64,000 bases of DNA from Octopus sinensis (GCF_006345805.1 NC_043007.1:60946001-61010000); one strand, 5' to 3'; shown: positions 47,757 to 61,017, counted from the first letter of the stretch. The notes: generated by a model not told the origin, from the letters alone. Made by a program: numbers and translations.

Positions 47757-48552
47757 CTTGTTCATACCCAAGAAACGGACTTGTTGTTCATGCCCAAGAA
47801 ACGAACTTGTTGTTCATGCCCAAGAAACGGACTTGCTGTTCATGCCCAAGAAACGGACTTGCTGTTCATGCCCAAGAAACGGACTTGCTGTTCATGCCCA
47901 AGAAACGGACTTGCTGTTCATGCCCAAGAAACGGACTTGCTGTTCATGCCCAAGAAACGGACTTGCTGTTCATGCCCAAGAAACGGACTTGCTGTTCATG
48001 CCCAAGAAACGGACTTGCTGTTCATGCCCAAGAAACGGACTTGCTGTTCATGCCCAAGAAACGGACTTGCTGTTCATGCCCAAGAAACGGACTTGCTGTT
48101 CATGCCCAAGAAACGGACTTGCTGTTCATGCCCAAGAAACGGACTTGCTGTTCATGCCCAAGAAACGGACTTGCTGTTCATGCCCAAGAACGGACTTGCT
48201 GTTCATGCCCAGAAACGGACTTGCTGTTCATGCCCAAGAAACGGACTTGCTGTTCATGCCCAAGAAACGGACTTGCTGTTCATGCCCAAGAAACGGACTT
48301 GCTGTTCATGCCCAAGAAACGGACTTGCTGTTCATGCCCAAAAACGGACTTGCTGTCATGCCCAAGAAACGGACTTGCTGTTCATGCCCAAGAAACGGAC
48401 TTGCTGTTCATGCCCAAGAAACGGACTTGCTGTTCATGCCCAAGAAACAGACTTGCTGTTCATGCCCAAGAAACGGACTTGCTGTTCATGCCCAAGAAAC
48501 GGACTTGCTGTTCATGCCCAAGAAACGGACTTGCTGTTCATGCCCAAGAAAT
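47757..48552. repeat. Tandem minisatellite, 26-bp unit GCTGTTCATGCCCAAGAAACGGACTT, ~30 copies
   Basis: Read directly; near-identical units with no spacers. Confidence 0.97.
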
Positions 48553-49259
48553 GGACAATCCACAGAGTATAGATTATTTCTATAACATCATTCTCTATTG
48601 GTAAATTTTTTTTCTCACAACAATTTAAAGGAATGTTAAAGATAATTTATTTTAATAACATGATCTGTCCATATAGAGAATCAAATGAAAAAATTGAAAA
48701 ACAGTGGAAAGTTTTGTAATTAGTGGCAGGATAAGGATGAATATTTAAAAGAATTTGCACTGTTTAAGATGTTTGTAAGCAATTCCCAAACAACAAAAAC
48801 CGTTAGTTTCACTGCAACATTTAAATTTCATTTGTGTCTAAATATTTTCGTTCTTTGAAGCCACGAAAAAACCCTGACAAAAATTCGTGCTGCATCTGTT
48901 TAGTCAGTGAACAAGTCACATTTTCAAAGCAACGAAAATATTGAGATTTAAATGTTGCTGTGAAACTAACAGTTTTTTTTTTTATATGTGTCTTCTTGAA
49001 TGGCTTACAAACATATACGCTGCAATTGTTTCTGTTAATACTATTCTGCAGAAGACAGAATAGAAGAAATTGTGTGTGCAAATTTTTTATTTTCATCTTC
49101 ATTTATAGCATAGATAATTTTTTCCTCTGAAATGCTACCTTCGGCCTCCAGGATGCATTGATCGATCCCAGGCTTATAGTTGAAGACACTTTCCCTAGGT
49201 GCCATGCAGTGGTACTGAACCCAGAACTGTGTGGTTGGGAAGAATATCCATTTTCTTGA

Positions 49260-50370
49260 GGAAAAAATTGGATCGTGTGAATTTCCCCAGCCCTCCTCCT
49301 CACGTTCATTTTTTTTCATATTCGTTTAATACAAATTATTTTACACATATTGCACTTTTTGTGGGGGTGGCTGGGTGTCGAAGTTGGGTTACTGGACCGT
49401 GTGAATTATCCGAGTTTGCACCCCCACCCCGTCACAAAAATTGAAAAAAAAAAAAAAAAAAGGTTAATGTTTACAACTTAACCAGGAAACGAAAATCAGG
49501 AAAAAATAGTGCAATGGGTGTAAAAAAATGCGTAGGAAACGAACATGAAAAAAAAAAAATGAGTACAACGGAAGGGTTAAAAATGTGCAAAAACAATTGA
49601 AGATAAAATGACACAAAATTGAAGCCAAAAAATTAAAAATTACTGAAAGTGGGTAGTAATAAACACTATGTAGTATAGTAGTTCTACACTAGGATATCTG
49701 TAAAAAGTTGAATTTGATTTCGGAATATAACGAAGAAAAATTCGGATCTTGGGGGTTTTCCGAAAGTCCTCTCGCCACCTCAAGATTTCCCCTACAAGTT
49801 ACTTTATAATCGTAATGCATGACGTTTAAAGGTATTTAAGCAAAATTTCAAAAACAAAAAAACACATTTTCCTAAGAGTTACAAGGGAAAAACTTGGATC
49901 TTGTGAATTTTCCGAAGTCCTCTCCCCATCCGCTTGGAAAAGATTTTCCCCACAAATTTCTTCCTAATCCTAATGTATGCAGTTTGAAAGGTATTTCTAT
50001 AAAATTTCATTGACCCCCCCCTTTTCCTAAAAGTTATGAGGGGAAAATTCGGATCTTTCCTACAGATTTTTTTTTACACCCATTGCACTAGATTTTTCTA
50101 ATTTTCGTTTCCGAGTCATGTTGTAAACATTAACCAAAAATAGTGAAATATGTGTAAAATAATGTGTAGTAAACGAATATGAAGAAAAAAATTGCACCGA
50201 CAAACGGGAAAGTGGCGAGAGGACTCGGAACACTCCCGATGTGAATTTTCCGAGTCCTCCCCACCCCCGGTTCGCCAGCGCACATTTTTTTTCCATATTC
50301 TTTTACTACATGTTGTTTTACACCTATTACACTAATTTTTTCATATTTTTGCTCGGGTCAAAAACTGAAA
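49260..50370. repeat. Modular repeat with direct ~155-bp units and nested inverted blocks (unclassified)
   Basis: Motif GGATC-TGTGAATTTTCCGA-GTCCTC-CCCC recurs about 5 times; 49305-49530 is inverted relative to 50060-50195. Confidence 0.7.
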
Positions 50371-52274
50371 GTTAACCGTCGCCTCTATGTTTAGCCCTCT
50401 GCGGGCAATAAAAAAATCGACTTGTAACCACAGCAGACATTTGTCTTTCCTCTTTCAAGAACCAAATATTTGTAATTATTATCCACAAACTAAGTTTAAT
50501 AAAAAATGTTATTTGAATGAAAATATAAGAATGAGATGAAAATTGTAATATAAACATAAAATTATTTCATTAGAATTGAAATAAAAAGATTTTTCTTTAG
50601 TTCCTTGCAAGATAATTTTTAAAAAATTAAATAAGATAAACGTTTATGAAATTTTGAAATACTGGTGAATTCAGTCCATTTGAAATACTGATGAATTCAG
50701 TCAAATAAAAAATGAATTACGTAAAAATAAAAAGAGCTCAATTCAAGAAGTCCAATCGGCTGGTAGCGCGCCAATTGCAAAAAGGAGACATTTTGATAAT
50801 GCTGTTTATAATATTATTGTTCATTGACTATTTTCGAAAGAAAATTACATGTTGGAGCTATCTGTTGATTAAAGGGGTTACTTTTTAAGCAATGAAAGTC
50901 ACAAACATTTTTTGATGATATTGCACAAAGATAAGACATTCGGAAAGGGAGATTTGGGATGATGTGATGACCTATGACCTTCACTCATACAAAATTTCCT
51001 TTACCTCATCTTCTGACTTCTTTCTCTTAAGACTACGTATTTTTGTACATAATAAAATACAAAAACGATTAAAATATTTTTCGTAGAATAGCTACATGAA
51101 ATAATGAAGGCATCTAAGTATGGTATTCGTTCACTTTCTCCAATTAAAATATCTTAGGTCATGAGTGCTTTCTAGCATATATTCTTTCATTAATGTTTTC
51201 AGCAATTTTTAAGTAAATCATGAAAACCTTTTCTTTTGCTGATATATTAAATAATGGAAAGCATCAGTTTGATTTTTCTTTCAATTCCAGTGAAGAAAAT
51301 AACTTGAGTGATAAACGTTTTAGTATTCCATTCTTCAATGTTTTCAACTCCAAAGACGACGAAGTATATAAATAAAGGAGTTTTTGAACTCCATAAATTA
51401 TTTTGCTTGCATTTGTTATTAACTTTTTATCCTTAAGAAGTTTTAAAACAGCTTGTCAAATTTGTAGAAAATGAATTAGTACAATATGTTCTAGGTTTCT
51501 ACAATTAGAGCCAATTATCATATAATTGATTACGATAAAAAAAATTTCTTTAATTCATTGACTGAACTAAAATATATCTTGAAGTAAAATTGTAGAACCA
51601 ACGTAACCATTACAAAATGCAGCTTTAAGGTTTTCAAAGAAAGTCGTAATTATAAAAAATCTCATCTTTAAGGAATCAAATAAAAACTATTTGTATTCGA
51701 AAATATTCCTTATAAAAAACTCTGTTCGCAATTAAAATAAGGAGAGTTTTGTTATTGCAGTTGCTCATGATAATAAAAAGAACTTATCCACAAAGTCAAT
51801 AGCTTACCTTCCATTGTTTTTTCTGCCGCCAATTAATCTCGTCGATTGACTGAAAAGCCGCCAACTTCAATTTTTTTCCTTATTTTTAATATTTTTCTGC
51901 GATATTTTTGTTTAAGTAATTAAATTTTGAAAAATTTTAAATAATTAAGAGTATTTTCAATTTTTAAATTTGTAGTCGGAAACATACGATTTTTTACTTG
52001 CAATTTATGGTTTCTTAACATTCCAATTTGCTCGAAAATTGTGAAATTTAAATTTACAGAATTGTTTTTTTAATTAGGAAACTATTTCCGGAATAAATTC
52101 TATAAAATCTATAATAATGATGATGATGATGAGGGGGGGGGTCAAATTTTGCCACAAGGGCAGCAATTTTCGGGGAGGAGACGAGTCGATTACATCGACT
52201 CCAGTGTTCAACTGGTACTTATTTTATCGACCCCGAAACGATGAAAGGCAAAGTCGACCTCGGCGGAATTTGAA

Positions 52275-54640
52275 AATAATAATAATGATTTCTTTTATTG
52301 GCCACAAGGCCCCAAGATATGGAGGACAATATCGAAAGACGAGTTACAGCACAAAAAAAAATTACAAAAACATGTAGGGTTAACATCAATCAAAAGGAGA
52401 TACTACCACATTAAAGGATGTAACAGAGGATATATAATACAAAGTAGAGAAATAAATAGAATCCCAATAGCGGAGCAGTCCACTTAGAATAATCCGGGGT
52501 AAACCCCACACCAAAGTCCTAGATTACTCTGCCATCTCCGAGGCATGGAGAAGTACCCTCTTCCAGTTTCTTTCCGCCTGCTTAGAAAAGCATATTCAGA
52601 GTAAATCAATTCAGTCTCACCAGTCTTGCCACTGTCAACCATCTTTTGATAAACATGCTAGAAGGCAGCACCTCCTTCTCTACCCTAACCTTCCTCTTCA
52701 AATGATATTTGAAGAAATTGATGAGGGCTTCACCAGATAGTAATGTACCTGTCTTCAAACCTTTCAGACGGGTCCACCACACAGCCCTTTTGGCCACAGC
52801 CACTGAACAGAGAAAGATCTGCCTTCCTTCTCTGCTAAGAGAAGGTGGTGCGTCTACCTTCACTATACACTTGGCAGATAGCTAAATTCGTCTTACACGT
52901 GACAACAGCTGCTCTACACAATCCCACAACCCTCTAATGCATGGACACTGAATTATTGCATGCAGGACAATTTTGTTCCCCTGCAAGCATCTCGGGCAGG
53001 TTCAGCTGCTGGCACTTCCATGCCTGAAGAGCTTGTCTCGACCAAGCAATGCCCCCCTGTAGCACTGCTAAGTCAATGATTTTTGGAAATTGTCCATGAT
53101 CTACAACCCAAAGGTCCTCTGGAAAAGACTACTCAGACTGTTCTCATTAACGCCTAGATTTAATCCTAGGCCATCATCACTCATGTATTCAACTAGCGCC
53201 CTATTGAAATCTTGGGTTGTTTTCCCACTAACAGTTTTGGCTAGCTGGTACAATCCAGTGAGCACCTAACAACATTCTAGATGCCAAACACCCACCCTTG
53301 GTCTACGTTTGACCCATGACTGTAGCTCTGTCTAAGAGATGAGCTGCAGAAAGACATGTCACACAAAAGACACCCACATTAATTTACCCTCATTTTTGTT
53401 GTTGTCCTCATCATTGCAGTGATATAGATATTTCTGTAAGTACAACAGCCTCAAAGCATGGTGCTGCATCATTAAAGATGGCATCCCAAAACCACCAGGG
53501 TGTGGGTGTTGACAGCAGATGGATTTTCTGATTAGTGGGATTCCATGAGAATCGGAAAAGCAAGCACTCTAGTCTGGTCAGAGATTTCTTAGGACAAGGT
53601 ACAACAGCTCCAGGCAGCTTTACACTAGTGAGGTGATATATGCATTCGCTAATTCTATCCAGCCTTTCAAAGACAGCTTCCTTTCTGCCCATTTCTGGAT
53701 GAGCTTGGCCACCCTACTCATGACCTCTTTCCAGTTCCTATCTACTTGAAGATCTGGTCTGAACCAGATTCCAATCACTTTCACCAGACCCTCTCCATCC
53801 AGCAACAGAAATCGCTGCTCGTTAGCTTACTTGTCCTGATTTACGAGTGCTCCTGTGCATTCCTGATATTGTGTTGATCTTTTCTATGTCTGAAGAGTCT
53901 GACACCATGACATTGACATCGTCTGCATATGCAGACACAGCTCTCCTGTGACATAATTCCAGTGGGATATTCCTCAAATTCTCGATCTTTGCAGCAAGGG
54001 TTCTTAAGCTAATATATACAAAAGCAGGGAGAGGGGGCATCCTTGGCATACCGAGCGTTCAATACTGAAAGGTTCCGAGTGGTGGCCATTCAGTTTGACA
54101 ACTAAGCAGATGCCACTATATATTGTGGTCATCCAGCCTCTGAGGATGGACCAAAACTGACAGCTTTTAGGACAGACACCAGATAGCGATGGTCCACCCT
54201 GTTAAAAGTTTTGGACTGGTCCAAATTGGCCAGTGGTCCCCCCCAAGCCAGATCCATTCCCAACCCGTTCTATAATGTATCGCATGAGGTAGAGATTGTT
54301 ATGGATAGATCTATCAGGGATCGCACAGGTTTTTGCATACTCGACTATACTATTGACAACAAGCGCTAGCCTCTTAGTAAGTATCTTAGCTAAAATCTTT
54401 AATTCTGTGTTGAGTAGAGTTATGAGCCTGAAGTTTTCAATCATATCCTCTTTGTTTGGATCCTTTCTCAACAGCATCACCATTCCCTAGCTCAGACGAC
54501 TGGGAATGCTTCCCGTCTGTTGCCAGGAGCAGTAGACAGCTGTTAGAGGGAACAAGCCAACAAAGAAGCTTATATCTGGTCGATTGACTTGCTTGAAATA
54601 ACAGCCAAATCTCCTTCATAACACACCCTAGCATCCTAGA
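52275..54640 (-). mobile_element. Degenerate Tx1/L1-clade LINE (RT to 3' end)
   Basis: NFRLITLLNTELKILAKIL, AYADDVNV, GIWF...W.ERKLSLKG; 3' end with AATAAA and (ATT)n. Confidence 0.85.
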
Positions 54641-54680
54641 AAAGAAAGACACGTTCAGTTAAGTCTTGGAGGTGATGTGC

Positions 54681-54682
<2 letters not shown>

Positions 54683-54721
<39 letters not shown>

Positions 54722-54738
54722 TGTGTGTGTGTGTGTGT
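54683..54738. repeat. (GA)n(GT)n microsatellite
   Basis: Read directly. Confidence 0.95.
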
Positions 54739-55399
54739 ACTGCAGAAGGAATGCAAATAATTCGTGTATATCTTCGTGGACAGGAAAAAATCTTGAATTG
54801 GTAAGAATAATTAATCCAGTGCCCTTTAATAAACTGAAATATATTCACTGAGATTTGAAGCATATTTTAACGTAGGTTATATTTAATCACGGAATTCCAT
54901 GAACTTATATTTTTACGGAGAGGGTTTTTGTTCTACACTCATTTTTTACACCATACACACAAATGATTTGCAATAATCAATTATACAGAGGGAACTTTTT
55001 AGAGTCAACACCGAAACTAAATATACAAGATGTCTACTTCCAGTTAATGTCACGTTTTTCTTGTCCTGTAGATGGCAACTGGGCCTGGATTTATTACTAT
55101 TAAAGTGCCATACTATATCATTTCTTTTAGAAAACGCACAGTTTGATTTTTGTTTTTTTATTTTTTTTTCACGGTAATAGCATTCTGTTTTTGCGACCAG
55201 AAAGACAAATACCTTCAAGTTACTTGTTGAGAATCAAAGATAAACATTAGGTAAAGTTTCGTTTTTCAGTTTTTTCTTGAAAAAAAACCCCAAAACATTT
55301 TTATGCATTGGATTTAGTTAGGATAAATAGAAAATATGAACAGTTCTAAGCTGTTCAACGATATTTCATCTTATTGTCTAATATTTTTCTACGGTCACC

Positions 55400-55950
55400 T
55401 TGAAAGTTCGGCTTCGGTTGAGATACGTAGAATGAACAACGAAAGCTTTTCAAAGTTAAGGTTACACTTTGCTCTATGTTGACAAGTTAAATTCATTCTT
55501 AGTCAACGAACGAAAATAAAACTCATAATGCAGCAAGTAGTTATACATCCTATTAAAATACAATAAATAAAAAGTTTGTTGTCAATCTAATTCAAACATG
55601 TGCAACTTTTTTTCGAGAAATGGGCCGTACGACTGATCTAAATCTACATTTCCATGTGTACACATACGATTCTGTTCGTCTTGTGGTACGTTCTAATCGA
55701 ACAGGCATATGATCAAATACGTTCTCGTTGTGATCATCCTGTCTCTGTTATTCAGATTAGTATATGTCAATCTGTGGGATATTTTTGCAGTAATTTTTTG
55801 CTATTATAAACTTGTCTCACGAGGCTGGTGCAATCTTTGGTCCGTGAACTTTCGGAATAGATATCACTTCCCTCATGGAGAAGGAAAAAGGAAAAGAATT
55901 AGGTGGTATTTTTCCTTCTGTGAAATTTTTATTATTACATCCATTTCGTG
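55400..55950 (+). promoter_or_regulatory. Possible promoter / first non-coding exon of the + strand gene
   Basis: Non-repeat segment with retained CpGs and a candidate donor GTG|gtacgt at 55685; no transcript evidence. Confidence 0.3.
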
Positions 55951-56689
55951 AGACGGGTGTAATAATTAAAAACAAATTTATAGATTTCCTTGATCACTTT
56001 AACATGGGTGTACTTTATGAATCAGAAACTTCAGTCGTCCCGTTTTGTTTTTCTTAATTTAATTTTTGACTTTATTCGTGTGTTCATTATGACCCTACGA
56101 TTTTTTCTTTTAGATTGCCAAACTACATGTATACAAGTACAAGTCCAGTTAATTAAATTTTGAAAACAATTACTTTTTATGAATCCGTTTGTTGTATCAA
56201 GAATGCATTCGTTTCTTATTGTTTATTGCAATGTCAATCCTAACTGCGAAAATCTATGATCAAAGGCATTTCAGTTGTGACCATTTCCTCTTTTAGCCAG
56301 ACATATTGTATGGACAGGAATGACTTAGTTGTTAAGAAGTTCGCCTCACAACGACATCGCTCTTGATTCGATTTTCCTGCGCAGCACTTTCAGCAAATGT
56401 CTTCTATCATAGATTCAGGTCGTACAAAGACTTGCTAGGTGGAATGTGAGAGATAGAAGCTGTGTAGAAGTTCGCCGGAGATACTGTTTCTGTTTTTGGG
56501 TGGTAGATTTAACCTAGCATCTGGTTTAATACCATTACTTTTCCTTGGATACTTTTATTTCAGGCCAGTTTGTTGCAAGCATTTGCTCTCCATTCAAAGG
56601 ATAACTTTCTTCCACAAATCTGAAAGAGGTTACAGATATTGTTTTTACTAAACCATTAAAATAAACAAATCTAATGGAGGACTAAAGGC

Positions 56690-56960
56690 CCCCTTCGATC
56701 ATAAATGACTATGGATTGCACCTTTGTCCCTTCTGAGGCACAAGTTCAGCAGTCGCTCATGCATACCAGCCTCCCCTCTCCACGCTACTGATGTTATCCA
56801 AGGGAAAGGCAAAGGCCGATCCAGCTTGGAACCAGTGACGTTGCAAATCATTTCTACAGATGAGTGAACTGGAGCAATGTGAAATAAAGTGTCTTGCTCA
56901 AGAACACAAAACATAGTCTGGTCTGGGAATCGAACTCATTACCTGAGCCATGTGCCTTCA
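56690..56960 (-). mobile_element. CORE/MIR-like tRNA SINE
   Basis: Minus strand: gagttcgattccc B box, then cttgagcaagacacttt...ctccagttcactca. Confidence 0.7.
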
Positions 56961-57769
56961 CAATGTAGGACTACATAATCCAATATGTCCCCACTTTGCA
57001 GACTCCCTCAGGCTAGTGAAGCTTGTTATTCTGTATGTCAGTCTGTGGAGAAAACTTGAGTAATGAGGAAGTCTTGGAGGGGGAGTGCAGTTCTGGAAAG
57101 TAAGAATTGGACAATATCTTTTGCAAAATTTGCAGAGTAAGATTTAGCAAGTTTGATAAGAAGAAGGAAGCTGCTGCATTAGGTGGGCAGGAGTATTGTA
57201 CAAATTGCTTGTTTCAGAGCAGCATGAACTATTGTAGTAAAAGTAGAAGTCAGAAGAATGCAACATGTCAATGTGTGTGAGTAAAAATGTGTAACCCGTG
57301 AAATAGTTTGTTGGGAGAAAGGAACATTTCTAAGGTACTACAGTGGCACGTGGAGCACATTTGTACTTTGTAAAGAGTCAGAAACTTTCAGAAGTAAACT
57401 GCTTTTGGTTTTGAAGAGAAAAAGTAGCATTTGGTATGTGATTTTTGCTATATGTGGATATAACACATTGTCTCTCCATCATCCTTATTCAACATAATTA
57501 GTGTAACAAATATCTAGATATCAATGAAAATATATCATATGACAATGCTATAAACAAAGATAGAGTAAATAGCCAAAGACTATTATACCAGGCTTTAAAA
57601 AGTATGTAAGTCAGAATCTCCTCTTACTACACAATATTTCACATTGCATTTGCAGTATCAGTACTGATATTAACATTTGGGGAACTTGACTGGTGGTCTT
57701 TAGAGAATATCTGTTTAATAGAAATTAAAACCTATAACAGATACTCAGAAAATAGATTCCATCACACTC

Positions 57770-58540
57770 CAGGGGAGAAACTAGAAGTAGTTGATAGTTT
57801 CCGCTGCCTAAATGACCAAGTTAGTAGTGGGGTAGAGACTTAGTTAGTAGTGCTGAGAGAGTGTTACCACTAGAATAAGAATAGCCTGGGCAAAGTTTAG
57901 AAAGCTTCTTCCCCTACTAGCGACAAAGGGTCTCATGCTCAGAGTGAAAGGTAGATTGTACATTACATGTGTACGAACTGCCATGCTTCACATGTTGGTG
58001 GCATGTTGGGCCTCACAGAGGCAATGACGAAAGACCAAGATTTCTGAGATATGCTGTGACTGCGAAGACCCGACAAATGAAGTGAGTTCATGGCTTGTAG
58101 GACAGCCTGCTGTGCTAACCTTGGATCGTAGGGTGACCCACTGTGCTTGAGGAGACCTATTGAGTCAAGTACATCAACATCAAAATAAAAATCAAATGGA
58201 TATTGTATTTGTGATACCCGTTCCGGTGGCACATAAAAAGCACCATCCGAACGTGGCCAATGCCAGTGCTGCCTGACTGGCATGTGTGTCGGTGACATGT
58301 AAAAAGCACCAACCAATTGTGGCCGTTTGCCAGCCTCCTCTGGCCCTTGTGCCGGTGGCACATAAAAAGCACCCACTACACTCATGGAGTGGTTGGCATT
58401 AGGAAGGGCATCAAGCTGTAGAAACACTGCCAGATCAGACTAGAGCTTGGCGCAGCCTCCTGGCTTTCCAGACCCCAGTCGAACCGTCTAGCCCATGCTA
58501 GCATGGAAAACAGACATTAAACGATGATGATGATGATGAT
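57770..58540 (+). mobile_element. RTE 3' fragment with (ATG)n tail
   Basis: KLEVVDSF...RIRIAWAKFRKLL, a deletion, then a 3' UTR ending aaacgatgatgatgatgat. Confidence 0.88.
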
Positions 58541-59059
58541 CTTGACACTAACTGCAGGTTTCTACAGACAGTGGAAAAGAGGAGGGAAGAGGTTTAAGAT
58601 TAGTCTATCAGCCTTTGAGTGTCATATAGCATCACTCTAGTAGTGTCTACTAAACATTGACAGCAAAAATAAATATATCAACCAACTGTATGGTGTTGTT
58701 CATAAGTGAACATCATACAGTTCTGCAGTGAACTCCTCAAGAAGTACTCACTTCCTGATTACTTTCCCTCTAACCCTCCAGAATTGGACTTGCATACTTC
58801 AACAAAGATCTGGAAGAGAAACACTACATAAATAAAAATTTTGCATGTATGTCTCCCATAAACTTAATGAAGGTGTTAACATAACACAATGTGTAGTCTC
58901 TTTTAGGTTAGTGACCATTTCATCACATCACATGTCAAAGATTATGCTTTTACAATTTAAGAGCAGGAACTAATAGTGAACATAAAAGACAGTGAAGCCT
59001 TTAAACCACCAAGAAGCAAGTGAAAATGTAATGTGACATTTATGTAGAAGATATTACAT

Positions 59060-59380
59060 ATGATCAGTAGCTACCCCCAAAATGTCTTGAAGGTACTTCC
59101 TTTGAATGTATTGTTGCTTTATATACATTGTCACCTATTGGAAAGACTGCCCTTGGATAAAGAATATTATGTTTCTGAATACATGTATCAGAGCATTCTT
59201 ATCAAAACGTCTACTAGTTGCAAGCATAACAGGTCTAACATAGTTGTATGGGACAGAAAAAATTATATACACCCATATCTGTTAGCTGTGTTGCAGGTGT
59301 GAACATTTCTTTCAAAATCAGTGGGAAAGAGAATATTTATGGACAACTACTTTCAAACCTATAGCTCCTTTACACAGAAT
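59060..59380 (+). mobile_element. R4/Dong-type restriction-like endonuclease remnant
   Basis: KHNRSNIVVWDRK (HNRPDIVV.DK-like), followed by an N+..K..EK...Y..L-like stretch; decayed. Confidence 0.5.
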
Positions 59381-59504
59381 ATAAATTTACATAGTAGATG
59401 TCTGATTGGCAATCTTGAAACATTATGGTTTTTAACCAAAGAAAGTGATTGGCTAATGCAAACTTTGCAAATACCAATCTGTTAGTGGAACAGTAAAAAT
59501 ATGC

Positions 59505-59945
59505 TAGTGGAGCGCTTAGAGTACCATATGAGCGTGATCGTTGCCAGAGCAACAAGCTGGCCTCTGTGCCGGTGGCATGTAAAAAATACCATTCGAGTGT
59601 GATCATTACCTGCGTTGCCTTACTGGCACTTGTGCTGGTGGCACGTGAAAAAACATTCAAGCGAGGTTGTTGCCAGTGCTGCTGGACTGGCTCCTGTGCA
59701 GGTGGCACATAAAAAGCACCATTTGAGCATGGCTGTTGCCAGTACTGCCTGACTCGCCCTCGTGCCGGTGGCATGTAAAAGCACCCACTACACTCTCGGA
59801 GTGGTTGGCATTAGGAAGGGCATCAAGCTGTAGAAACTCTGCCAGATCAGATTGGAGTCTGGTGCAGCCATCTGGTTCGCCAGACCTCAGTCAAATCGTC
59901 CAACCCATGCTAGCATGGAAAGCAGACGTATGATGATGATGATAC
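59505..59945 (+). mobile_element. SINE family C with RTE-type 3' tail
   Basis: Internal ggtggcacgtaaaaagcacc-type repeats; 3' part matches the RTE 3' UTR; (ATG)n tail. Confidence 0.8.
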
Positions 59946-61017
59946 AAGATTTTTCTAACATTTAACATTTAAAAGGTTGTAAGCTGGCAAGATTGTTGGA
60001 ATGCTGGATGAAATGCTTAGTGGCATTTCCTCCAACTCTCCCTTCTGAGTTCAAAATCCATCAGGGTCAACTATGCTTTTCATTCCTCTAGGGGTCAATA
60101 AAATAAAGCACTCAAGTAATGGGGTCAATTTAACTAACTAACATCTTCCCACTAAAATATTTGGCCTTGTACCAAAATTAGAAGCAATTACTTTTATTAT
60201 ACATACATACACACACACACACACACATATGAGTATGTATGTGTGTGTGCCTGTGTGAAGAGTTGTAGTTCCTTTCACAGTTCACTATGGTGTTATTGGA
60301 TTTGTCCTTATCTCCAGTTTCTGTGGCATTAAGCAGATGAAAGACACATCATTATCTAGAATATACACCTGTATATTACAAGTTAATTTGAACTCAGTAA
60401 TGCAAGTCAGCAAATCACTTATACTACAGTGTTACTGTTAATAATAATGAATTTATGCCAATCAGTAACGACTACTTGGGGTAGTGAACTGGCAGAGTTG
60501 TTAGAGCATCAGACAATGCTTCATGGTATTTGTTCTGACTCTCTGCACACTGAGTTTAAACTCCACTGAGGTCAGCTTTGTCTTTTATTCATTCAGAATT
60601 AATAAAAACTACCAATCCAAGGTAGTGGATTGGCAAGAACTGTAAGCACATTAGACTAGGTGCCTTGTGGTACTTGTTCCAGGTTTCCTTCAAATCCCAC
60701 CATGGCTTACTTGGATGGTAAACTAAACCTGTTACCAGTTTAATACTACTTCCTTGTTACTTGGATGCCTTTAACAGAATCTACTCTGCTGCAAGAATTT
60801 GGGTCAGATTTCCAGTTTGAGGGTATCTTTCTTTCTCCCTCCCACCAGTTTTCTCTCACTGTCTTCTCTCCTGACTAAAAGATAAAAAAAACCCCCAAAA
60901 TTATCTACCTGAAGCCAGGTGGAATGGACCATTGAGACTAAGTGACTCACTAACAGACATATCTGAGTGATGACGACAGGATAAAAATTGCCTACCTCTT
61001 GACTAGTTGTTCAGTAT

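Noticed and set aside
47737-48604. Three 263-282 aa ORFs over the 26-bp array; also considered as a CRISPR array
   Set aside because: The ORFs arise from a stop-free repeat unit. The units are contiguous with no unique spacers, there are no cas genes, and the context is eukaryotic.
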